Shown: positions 47,521-60,000 of the stretch, piece after piece
How the letters are laid out: every line of letters begins with the position of its first letter
How positions within the stretch are numbered: position 1 is the first letter of the stretch
From: Octopus sinensis
Taxonomy: Eukaryota
NCBI RefSeq assembly: GCF_006345805.1
Contig: NC_043020.1
Coordinates: 14,756,001-14,820,000 of the forward strand
DNA length: 64,000 nucleotides
Direction: 5' to 3'
Notes under the pieces: generated by a model
The model's input: only the letters and a program-made list of their open reading frames with translations
The model's database searches: none
What the model was told of the DNA's origin: nothing
Made by a program: the position numbers and the translations under genes

Positions 47521-50500
47521 TGGGATGGCTTCTATCTGTTTCGGTTTCACTATGACAACCTTTCAACGGATTTAATATTTATAGCTTTGAATATGTATTT
47601 AATATCAGCTTCATCGGCTACAGACCCTTGTGTCGTCACCCCTGACTCCGAGGAAAGAAAAATCAATAAATACTGGGACCTGGCTCTGTTCGCCGTCCTG
47701 TTTCCAAACCCTATACTACTAATTTCCTCAGCAAAGTAGGGATAACGGCGCCCTGTCGGAAAAATGAGCTCCGCGAGGTGAAGTGGCTGCTGCAGTCAGT
47801 CTCGCTGGCATTTCTCAGGAGCAACACCATCGAGGTTATTATACTAGGGCGCGGCTCATCGTCACTTCATCCTCCATTTGCTGCATTACCCCCCCCTATT
47901 TTTTTTTTTTTACCTGTTTCTTGGTATTAAAATGTTAGAATTAAGATTAAAGGAATACTCTCTCTTTTACTCTTTTACTTGTTTCAGTCATTTGGCTGTG
48001 GCCATGCTGGAGCACCGCCTTTAGTCGATCAAGTCGACCCCGGGACTTATTCTTTGTAAGCCCAGTACTTATTCTATCAGTCTCTTTCGCCGAACCGCTA
48101 AGTGACGGGGACATAAACACACCAGCATCGGTTGTCAAGCAATGCTAGGGGGACAAACACACACAACCCCCCCCCCATATATATACATATATATATATAT
48201 ATACGACAGGCTTCTTTCAGTTTCCGTCTACCAAATCCACTCACAAGGCATTGGTCGGCCTGGGGCTATAGCAGAAGACACATGCCCAATGCTTTTTAAT
48301 TCATGGTCGCAATAGATTATCAGTTGGATTCACATTAGATGAAACTCAAATTGCCCTATGTAAATATGGTAACTTTTACATGGCCACTGAACCAGTAAGA
48401 AACAACATCCAAATCTCCCTCAAAACATACGCTACCTCCTCAATCCTAGATACACGATGTCTTTAAGAAAAACGGGTTGTCACTGCTGGAACGTCTTAGG
48501 TCATAATGTTTAGTGCGTCAGATCTACCCTGGAATTAAAATATATACTGAGAATGAACTTCCCCTAAACAAATGCTTTTGTGATTGCTTCTTTTCTTATT
48601 TTCCTGAAATCACTGCATTTCTCTAACCTTATATTCTTCAGCTCCCAAGCCTATCAATAAACAATTTGATTGAAAGTAGCATTTAATAAACCTACCATCT
48701 CTCGGGCGTGAGCCTTCTGTTTTGTTTCTCGACCTGCTAGAAATACTAACCCATTTTCCCTAAAACCACACCCTACCATCTTAAAACAAGGAATACAATG
48801 GATAATGTTGTGGACTGGGGTTTTGTTGCTACACATTTCACAGCTGGATACATATATAGGTTTTACTTTCAAAAAGAAAAAGATTAATTTAATACAAATG
48901 CGACTCTTAAACAATCGAATTTCATTTTAATAATAATAATAATAATAAATTATCCCAAAAGTTGAGCAGAATAAACCAATCCAGCAAAAAATCTTTTGAG
49001 TCTTCGTGTTGCTTCAACTTTGCAAACAGGGTAGAGGAAACCTATTGGATGACAGATACTAGTTGCTTAAAATACCAACTTTGTCACTCTGTATTACATA
49101 GTTTCTGTCTGAGGTTTATAGTGACATATTTTCTATATAGGCGCAGGAGTGGCTGTGTGGTAAGTAGCTTGTTTACCAACCACATGGTTCCGGGTTCAGT
49201 CCCACTGCGTGGCACCTTGGGCAAGTGTCTTCTACTATAGCCTCGGGCCAACCAAGCCTTGTGAGTGGATTTGGTAGACGGAAACTAAAAGAAGCCCATC
49301 GTATATATGTATACGATGTGTTTGTCCCCCTAGCATTGCTTGACAACCGATGCTGGTGTGTGTTTATGTCCCCATTACTTAGCGGTTCGGCAAAAGAGAC
49401 CGATAGAATAAGTACTGGGCTTCATCATCATCATCGTTTAGCGTCCGTTTTCCATGCTAGCATGGGTTGGACGGTTCTACTGGGGTCTGTGAAGCCAGAA
49501 GGCTTCATCAGGCCCAGACTTACAAAGAATAAGTCCCGGGGTCGAGTTGCTCAATTAAAGGTGGTACTCCAGCATGGCCACAGTCAAATGACTGAAACAA
49601 GTAAAGAGTAAAGAGTTAAAATAATATGAACGATTGGTTCTTGAAGTTGGGGACACCAGTTTTTATGATATGTACCGATAGATAGGTCACCATTTTATAC
49701 TGTGTTAACAAAAGAAGTGAGATGTTCAGAAAAAGAGTAGATGACACTGATTCAATAAAATAGAATAAAAAAAAAATTATTTCCATTAATTAAATTTGTT
49801 TAATTATACAAAAGAAGCCAACAGATTACACTGAATCTTAGACCAATCTAATTAATGCAGAAAGGACTGAGTTTGGTAAAAATAACAACAACAAAAAAAT
49901 TGTGATATGTGAATATTAGCAGGAAAAGAAATGCTCTTTCATTTTTAATCAGAAGTTAACAAAATGACTCAAGGGTGACAGTTCCATGCACAGCACTTAT
50001 CAAAACCAGGAAAAAGAGATGGTTATTTTCTGAAATGATTATTAAAATGAGAGAAAAAAATGTTTAATGAGTGAAAAAAAAAAAGTTCATTTTTTTAAAC
50101 ATAGTTCAAATAATGTTTCATCAAGATCAGTTGCTAAAATTAGAAATAGATGCTAAAATCATCATCATCATCGTTTAATGTCCGCTTTCCATGCTAGCAT
50201 GGGTTGGACGGTTCGACTGGGGTCTGGGAAGCCAGAAGGCTGCACCAGGCCCAGTCTGATCTGGCAGTGTTCCTACAGCTGGATGCCCTTCCTAACACCA
50301 ACCACTCCGTGAGAGTAGTGAGTGCTTTTTATGTGCCACTGGCACGGAGAACAGACGAGGCTGGCAAATGGCCACGATCGGATGGTGCTTTTTACGTGCC
50401 ACTGGCACGTAGGCCAGTCAGGGCGGCGCTGGCTACGGCCACATTTGGATGGTTCTCTTACGTGCCACCGGCATTGGTATCACAGCTACATATTCCATTG

Positions 50501-52382
50501 ATGTTGATCGATTACAATTTTGAGAAATGAAAAAGCAGCTCAGAAGAAAGATGAGAAAATGTTTGTCAAGAATTTCTCTTAAAAATTGGCAAGATTGCAA
50601 ATCCCTTTGGACTTCGTACGTTTTTATAGTGTCATTTCTGCACCATACTGTGACAAAGAGCTGCCAATTGGTTAAAATTTGCACTGACTGAATTCTTGGG
50701 GTTTCAGCCCAAGAAATAAACAACAAATGTGATTATAAGTACGGCTCCTCATCATCAAAACATCTACTAACTGCAATAGCACAGAATTTATTAATGTGTG
50801 AATAATTTAGGTAGATTTACAGAAATTATGCAGATTGTGCTTGGATTTGTTAGTATAAATCAAAATCAAAATCGTAATCTATCAACATCAGTGGAATTTG
50901 AAGCTGTGATACCAGTGCCGGTGGCACGTAAGAGAACCATCCGAACGTGGCTGTAGCCAGCACCGCCCTGACTGTGGTTGGCATTAGGAAGGGCATCCAG
51001 CTGTAGAAACACTGCCAGATCAGACTGGGCCTGGTGCAGCCTTCTGGCTTCCTAGACCCCAGTTGAACCGTCCAGTTAGCATGGAAAGCGGACATTAAAC
51101 GATGATGATGATGAAATGTCTGTGGAATACTCAAGCACAACCCATGGAGAATGAACATTAAATGATGATGATGATGCAAATACAAGTTCAGCTGATCAGC
51201 CACCATTACATCCAACGGAGAGGATCTTCCTTATTGGGTCATCAAAGATTATATGGTTTAGCCCAGTTCAGCCTTGATTATATTGTTTTGCCAGGTCAGC
51301 AGGTCTATCATCAAAACCACTCCAACTGTAACATCTCAGCCTTTTTATTTCCAGACTACTATCCAATATGTCCTCATTTTTTTAAAGACAACTAGATCAA
51401 ATTTGAGAGAGATGCTATTCTCATTAGAGTGACCATAAAAAGGATCTCAAATATGAACTGTCACGTAAAAAGCACCATCCGACCGTGGCCGTTTGCCAGC
51501 CCCGTCTGGCACATGTGCCGGTGGCACGTAAAAAGCACCCACTACACTCACGGAGTGGTTGGCGTTAGGAAGGGCATCCAGCCGTAGAAACATTGCCAGA
51601 TCAGACTGGGCCTGGTGCAGCCTTCTGGCTTCCCAGACCCCAGTTGAACCGTCCAACCCATGCTAGCATGGAAAGCGGACGCTAAATGATGATGATTGGT
51701 GTGAGGAGGTCACACATGGCCAGTTTGAACATAAAACAGGTAGAATATTTTGGCTGGATATGGCTGGTTTCTATACTAAAGGATTAAAGTATGTCCATAA
51801 AAGGTTGTTAAACCTAAGTTCAACCCTAATCTAGAAAGATTAATATTGGATAGAGACATAATGGTCAATGAATAAAAGGCTAAAGCACTGGACTACACTC
51901 TGCATGGTCATGTGTTCAAACCTTGCTCTCTACAGAAACTGTACTGTAACTCAATTTGTTTCTATTTGACCGACTGACAAGTTCCAATCCTTATTTTACA
52001 GTTGAGTAGTTAGCAGTAAAAAAGGCAAATTTATCCAGCTGTGAAAATATAGTCTCCCACAAAATACATCATCATTGCTAGCACTGGAAAATAAATGTCA
52101 AACAGTAAAACCCAAATGTTAGAACGTATTGTGGTTCTAATTATTACGAAGGTGAACAAAATCCAATCAAGTCAAACACCGTTGATCTTTGCTTGCAAAC
52201 CAGTATGTTCCGTCTTGGGAAAATTATTTTGGAGTAAAACTAATTATATGCATGCGTGTTTATATAGAATTAATATCATCCATGTTCATACCAATGAGAC
52301 ACTGACACAAGAAATACAGCAAATGTTGAATATTCTTTTATATATGGATATTTCTTAGAATTCCTAATTAAAGATTACAAAC

Positions 52383-52415
<33 letters not shown>

Positions 52416-53056
52416 TATATTATATATACTTACATACCATAAATACTGAAATGGAACTTATTGGTGTCATAGTTTTTGAATAATACATATAAAAATATAA
52501 AATATTTAAAAGATACAAAATAAAGATATTGTCCCAACTTTGGAAAAGTTTGATTTATTTTTTTTTTGCATTATTGTATCAAGATTCAGTCCAACTATGA
52601 TCATCTTTCAAACTGTTCACAAGTTTTATAAAAATCCTGTTTTATGTTAAAGTTAAATAAAGTGTATTCTAGAGAAGAATATGTTTAGATGTCATCAACA
52701 GAATTTTTCCAGTGGACAATGGCTCTCAGTTGAAAGTCGTTTTTTTTTCCTTTTATCAACTTACTCTCTTTCTGAAGATTTTTTTTTCAATTGATCCATG
52801 ATGATGACAGAATTTCTGTCTCCAGTATCCTCAAATTACACTCATCATTCTTCATTTGCACTAATTAATCAACTACAAACTAAAAACTATATTACATGAA
52901 GTTACCTGAAATTGTTGAAACTTGGACAAAAAATAATACAGAAATATCTGCAGAAATGGACAAGATTTGCTTCCGTTCTTTTACAGGAATTAAATTTATT
53001 GTCATTGCAGTGTTGACATTGGTCGCTTTGAATGGACCATTCAGAAAATGACCATT

Positions 53057-53096
53057 TTTATTTTAGAAAAATGTTCCATCATTTTATTTATTTATT
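53057..53096 (-). terminator. Cluster of candidate RBM18 polyadenylation signals (AATAAA)
   Basis: tttatt at 53057-62, 53083-88, 53087-92 and 53091-96; more distal copies exist (e.g. ~52554), so the site actually used is unknown. Confidence 0.4.
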
Positions 53097-53187
53097 AATT
53101 TTTTTTTTCAGAAAAATGGTCTTTGATGCTTTTGCTTGTCTTTTTTTAATGTTTCTTCCTTTCTTTAAAAAAGAAAAAAAAAGTTCC

Positions 53188-53374
53188 TCATCTTTTAGAA
53201 AAAGTTCGTCTGTAAGGTTTAGTATTTTGTGGTTTTCGAGTGGTTGCCATTTGAGATGAGCACCATTTACTGGTCCCTGGTGCTGCTGCAGGGGCCAGGG
53301 AGTAAGTGAAATCCTTCTGAGTTTCTTCCATGGCTCGAAGTTTTGCTTCAATTGCTCGGATCTTACTTTCTCGG
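53188..53374 (-). CDS. RBM18: RBM18 terminal coding exon (RESKIRAIEAKLRAM...KPYRRTFSKR*), 187 nt
   Basis: Acceptor ccttcccttttttgtag; TGA at 53188-53190; lies within ORF 53188..53433. Confidence 0.95.
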
Positions 53375-54008
53375 CTACAAAAAAGGGAAGGAAAATAATG
53401 CTGCGTGAACTGAAACGTCAAAAAAGGAAACAATTTGGGAATTCATCTGATAAGAACTTGGCTTTTTGTTTTGTGAAACGAAAATTAGCAACTCATGTTT
53501 TGCCACAAAACAAGTTGATTCTCTTAAATCTAGCAATCTTGAGACCTGGTCATCACTGGAACAAAGGCATGTGTTGGAAAACAATACCTGACACTTGCTT
53601 TTGTTACATTTATTCAAACCCCAAAGAATCCCTTTCAACACGTGGCTATGATGCTCTCCCACTACTCCTGCTCATCATCAAAGATGCATATATTATCAGT
53701 CATTACGAGACAAGCTCAAGTGGTTACGGTCAAGCAACTGACAAGCAAATTTCTGGGTCACAAAAGCAAAGTTTGAAAGGAATAGTAGCCATTTTCTTTG
53801 ATTTCTAGATAGAAGCGAATAGGAAATAATAATTTTGTTATACATAGGCGCAGGAGTGGCTGTGTGGTTAGTAGCTTGCCTACGAACCACGTGGTTCTGG
53901 GTTCAGTCCCACTGCGTGGCATCTTGGGCAAGTGTCTTCTGCTATAGCCTTGGGCCGACCAATGCCTTGTGAGTGGATTTGGTAGACGGAAACTGAAAGA
54001 AGCCTGTC

Positions 54009-54052
<44 letters not shown>

Positions 54053-57000
54053 ATGTATATGTTTGTCCCCTTAGCATTGCTTGAAAACCGATGCTGGTGT
54101 GTTTACGTCCCCGTCACTTAGTGGTTCGGCAAAAGCGACCGATAGAATAAGTACTGGGCTTACAAAGAATAAGTCCCGGGGTCGATTTGCTCGACTAAAG
54201 GCGGTGCTCCAGCATGGCCGCAGTCAAATGACTGAAACAAGTAAAAGAGTAAAACAGTAAAAGAGATGTTATTTAAGAAACTAACAAATATAGATTAGAC
54301 TAAATAAATGCTGTTATCGTCACCTTATTCCATTAATGGAACCAAGAACTTCTCAAATGTAAAATTGACAAAAAAATCCCGTCAAATAGATGGAATACTT
54401 TCAACTAACCTTAGTCCTGAATTGCTGTCTATATTGCTTAATTTGGCATCTTCTTTCAAGACTTTTACCGTTAATGGTAAACCAATGTTTTGCTGCAATA
54501 AAAAAGATAAAAGAAATTTTAAAAAATCAAGAAGGCAAGGCAAAAACTGATTTTGGTTGGATGTCTATCAATTCTGTTATCAATTAGCTGCTATATTAAA
54601 ATATCTTGTGAGTGCTTTTCATCAATTACATAATAGAGCCATGAAGTTTAAGGCTTTTGGCATTAACCCTTTCATTACCAACCTGGCTAAAACCGGCTCT
54701 GGCTCTGTAGTACAAATGACTAGTTTTCATAGGTTCTGAATTAAAATCTTCCATCAAACCTTTGTCACAATTTATGTTCCTAACACTAGCTTAATGATGA
54801 CTAAGTTATTTTACTAAATCCTTTGTTAGATTTTAAATTAATTGAAAGAAACACGGAGCATCTCAAAATAAATACAGTAACGATAGGGTTAAGAAGGGCA
54901 TCTAGCTGTAGAAACCTTGCCAAATCAGATTATAACGTGGTGCAGCCCCTCAGATTACCAGTTTCCTGTCAAACCGTCCAACCCATGCCAGCATGGAAAG
55001 TGGACGTTAAACAATGATAATGACAATGAAGGAAACAGGAACTAAAGGTATTCATTTCTGCAGACAGGGCTGGGTGCAGCTACCTGATTTCAGGTTCAGT
55101 TTAACTGCATAACACCACAAACAAGAACCTATTATCATAACATCAGTTAATTAAAGTTTTGTGAGTGAAACGATGCAGAAATCCATCAAAGGGACCATTC
55201 CTGTTCAAGAGTGATAGAATGAATTCATTTGCCTGATTTAACATCACCATCTGAGGATTGGATGAGTCAAGTCTATTCTGCTGCAAGCATTCAAGCAACA
55301 TCCCGAACCTAAGCATAATCTTCTCTCTTCCTCTAACTAGTCATAGAAACTTTGTAAAGGGTCAGAAGTGCTGCTAGTTTCCCACTCTCTAATAAAGCCA
55401 TTAAAATTACAAACACCTGAACTAAATGGTTTGTAGTATTTAGTTACCTCCCTTTATATTCTTAGTTTGGAATCATCAAAATAGATACAGTAATACCTCA
55501 CTTCACAAAGACCCGCTTTAAGAGACACTGGGTTTACAAGCTTTTATGAGTTTTATTTTCTGTTTATGAGTTTTCGTTTTATGAGCATTCTCTGGGTACG
55601 AATTAACTCGTATATTATTGTTTTACTGTTCAAGGACTGGATTTCGGCATAATAATATATTCTCCACAAAATTTTGTAGTCCATGGTATAAGATGAAGAT
55701 GTTTTAAAAAATTTATAATTTTTCAATTGTTTTTATAGTTTCAACATTTTCCCTCATTGATGCAAAGAAGTTAAAACAACTAAGTGCACAACAAAATTTT
55801 GTTTTTTAACTTTGTAATTAAAAAGAAAATTCATTTCAAGACCAAGATTAAAATAATTTCTAACAGAATGTTTTGTATTTGTTTCATCAGTAAAGAAAAA
55901 TGTACAAACAAGTAAGACTATAGTGATTAAATCAGTTCTAAATGCTGAATGAAAACATTCAGTAAATCACTCTATAACATCTTAATTTCTACAAAATTAA
56001 TGAAAGTCACATTGAAAATTAAAGAGTTCTGTAAAAGGAGCAAATTCAAGGCTTTAAGTCTGCAATTTAGCCAAACTCGTATCAATATAACAAGGTCAGT
56101 GCCAATATGCTTAGTCAGTCAAGAGATTTTAGTTAATTAAATTTACACTTGTGAGGAGAAAAGATCATTAGCTTAATCATTTATTTTGTCCAAGCAAGAC
56201 AAATCTGAAATCTCAGTTAATAGAATGTGGACACTGGAGACAAAGGGAATCTTAATTCAATGTGATATGACTCTTAATCTTTTAACTCTGAACTAATGTA
56301 TTATGACTTGTAATTAATATACTATAACTTATAACCAATTTATTATGAATTATAATCCATGGGATAAGATCCACAATTAATGTATAAAACTGTTGCTTGT
56401 GAAGACCTGTTGAGGCAAGTGAAAATCAAAATCAAAATCGATCAACATCAATGGAAATTGCAGCTGTGATACCAGTGCCAGTGGTACATAAGAGAACCAT
56501 CCGTTCGTGGCCGTTGCCAGCACCACCCCGACTGGCCTCGTGCCAGTGGCACATAAAAAGCACCATCTGATCGTGGCCGTTTGCAAGTTCGCCTGGTCCC
56601 CATGCCGGTGGCACGTAAAAAGCACCATCCGATCGTGGCCGTTTGCCAGCCTCGTCTGGCACCTGTGCCGGTGGCACGTAAAAAGCACCCACTACACTCA
56701 CGGAGTGGTTGGCGTTAGGAAGGGCATCCAGCCGTAGAAACATTGCCAGATCAGACTGGGCCTGGTGCAGCCTTCTGGCTTCCCAGACCCCAGTTGAACC
56801 GTCCAACCCATGCCAGCATGGAAAGCGGACGCTAAACGATGATGATGATGTAAGAAGTATGACTAATGCATGGCCATAAAACTTAGATAGTCTTCTCACA
56901 GTGCTGTAAGAAACTTCCTAAATATTGCCTTCAAGTTTTAGCACAAGGCCAGCAACTTCGGGGGAGGGATAGGTTGATTGATTACATCAACCCATGCTCA

Positions 57001-60000
57001 ATTGGTACTTATTTTATCAATCCTAAAAGGACGAAAGGCAAAGTAGACCCAGTGTTTAACTGATACTTATTTTATCAACCCAGAGAAGATGAAAGGCAAA
57101 GTCGACTTTGGCAGAATTTGAACTCTGAACATAAAGACAGATGGACTGCTGCTGAGCATTTTGCCTGGCGTGCTAATGATTCTGCCAGCTTGCTGCCTAA
57201 AGAAACTTCTTAAATATTCAATAATAAAATAATTCTGATACAACATTTTAACGATCATAGATTATACAGAGTAATAAAAACATACATCTTTATCTGAATG
57301 TGCCAATTTGACGGATAAGTTTTTTGACAAAAGAAGTTTCCCATCAAGACATTGGCAGGCATAACTTGCTTCCTGAAAGTAAATGAATAACAATCATAAT
57401 TAGATTTCATTTTAGCGATGATGAAAACACGGACTAAACAATAAATGTTGACACCTCTTTTTTTTTAAACAGCGTGGTTTATATAAAGTGAATAAAGACA
57501 ATAAAAACAATACATTTGTAACTATGTTTATTGTTCCTCAGATATAAACATTTCAAACCTGTCTGCTGCTGTCCAGGTTGACCCCTAGATTCCAGCCTAT
57601 TTCTGAAAATTCCCTACACTTAGGCAGTATTCAATCTTCCTACTAATTATTTTACTTTGATATTTGCAACACAGATTTCCAGTCAAATTTAACCCTTTAC
57701 CCGACATATCTGGCCAAAATATTCTTCATGCTTTATGTTCAAAGTAACCAGATCCAGCCTCTCACACCTACCCTACAATGTTAGTCTAAAAATATACTGT
57801 CCCATAATCAAAACCTCAAGGCTTCAAGATAATGCAGGATAAATTCAAAACAATGGGAATAAATGTTATGTTTGATAGAATCTAAATGTGAAAGCGTTAT
57901 GGTCAATCCTTCCTCATTCCTTTAAGGGAACCTACCATTTCTATCACTCCATGAACACTTCCCTCAGAATGAGTGAAGAGTTCTCTCTCTCATCCTTCAC
58001 TGAAAGCATCTACCTCAACTCATCTCCCTCTAAAACACCTGGCTTTTGCACCTTTCTGACATTAACACTACAGGCACCAATAAGACAGCTTTCTTAAACA
58101 TATCTCTGAGACTCTGTTGTTGCTATTTAAACACACACAAAAAAGGCTGTTCACAGAATTAAAGTACCGTTCCACCTAAGTTGACCAACATAAACACCTC
58201 TACATCTCGTCTCCACAGTATTTCACCAGTCAAATCTCAAACTGACCAATCAGTTCTATCAATCCATCCAAGATTTGCAGTCCTCTTCCATTCTGTTCCT
58301 GCCATAGTTGTCCCCACACAACAACTTAAAAACCTCAAGCCAAATTACACCAACATCGATTCTATGAAAAACCAACTGACACCCCACTTCCCAAGAGAAC
58401 CTACAAATGCCTAAATGCCTTAAATGTCAACTGTTGGCCTGTAGACCAGCAATTTGTCTCAATATTGGTTTAAAACTTGGGCCAGCAATTTCGGGGGTGG
58501 GGCTAAGTCAATTACATCAACCTCAGTACTCAGATGGTACTTATTTTATCGGCCCCCAAAAAGATGAAAGGCAAAGTCAACCTCAGTGGAATTTCAACTG
58601 AAAACTTAAAGACGGGCAAAATGCTACTAATGAGTCTGCCAGCTTGCTGCCTTAATCTATCTCAATATCAACCAAGTTAATCTGTAGACCAGCAATCTGT
58701 TACCCTCACTCATTATTAACCAGATTAAGTTGAAACCCAGCAGTTGTTGTTAAGTTAAATGAAATCTCAGTAAATTATCTCACCTCTTTATTTTCATAAG
58801 TAGCAAAACAATATCCTCTGTGTTTACCCTGGTCTGGTCCTGACTTGTGGTACATCAAATCAAATTTCAAAAGATTACCAAATTTCTGAAGGATTTTAAG
58901 TAAAGCAAATCTGAAAGGTATATTTATAGTGGTAAATTATACTTATAAAGCAACAGAAAGGCAATATTTCACTGAAAAAGACATCCAGTGTATTTTGAAT
59001 ACATATCAAATTAAACAGTTAATATTATATGCAAACTCTTCAAGAACTTGGTTAGAATCATTCAATTCTTTCAAATTGATAATAGTTCATTCATCATCAT
59101 CATCACTTAACATACATATTGGCATGAGCTGGACTGTTTAAAAGGCTCTGACTAGCTTAAGGGCTTATCTGGTCCCCAGTATCTGTTTTAGCAAGGTTTC
59201 TATGGCTAGATGCCACTCCTAATGCCAACCAATTTACAGAGTGTAGTAGGTGCATTTTTCATGGCACCAGCACTATTGGTGTCTCCAATTAACACGCAAG
59301 ACAAGATCCCTTCAGAGAATAGGGGGACAGTGCTGAGGCAGGTAACATTGTGCTATGGGTGGAGAGGCTGAAGTAGGAAAGAGGGATAGGAAAAGGTGTC
59401 ATGCTGTAGAGATACATGGCGACCTCAGCAGGAAAGAGCTGACAGATGGGGAGACGAAGTAGCAGGGCATACCTCAAGGTATATGATGGTTAGAGAGAGA
59501 CGAGAAGCAGGGTGCAGAGAATCGAGGATTTCTGGATGGGTAGGTAGGGAGGATGAAGTATGGGGGAAAGAGAAGATGCAGAGGGACAGAAGTTAGGTGA
59601 ACATAGAGGTAGATATAATGAGTTACAAAAAGGGACATCAATGGTAGAGATGAGAGGGAGTTCAGGGAAACTGGGATTCAGTGAATATATAGTAGTAAGG
59701 GATTATCCTGTGAATGAAAGATGAATGGTAAGTGGAGTGATTACAAGAAGAGAGATTACTGATAGCACAAACTAAGGGAAGGAATATGTACAGTTCAGTT
59801 GCTGCAATTACAGCAGCTGAACAAATAATGCCATAGTCAGAGAGATGTGAATTACAAAGAGGAGTAGCATACACTCTACCATTCATTCTAAGAGACCTTT
59901 TGTTATCAACAGAAGTAATAGCTGTGAACTTCCTCCAGCAACTTAATTTTTAGAATATCCTCCTCCAATGCTAATTAGGTCGCCTAGGTAACAGAAACTG

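Noticed and set aside
47700-47720. Possible telomerase RNA template (CCAAACCCTATAC) upstream of pseudoknot-like pairings
   Set aside because: It does not match the CTAACCCTAA needed for TTAGGG synthesis.
47900-53000. Possible + strand gene head-to-head with PSMB7
   Set aside because: No exon with credible splice sites and a recognisable translation; the interval is SINE/repeat plus probable RBM18 3' region.
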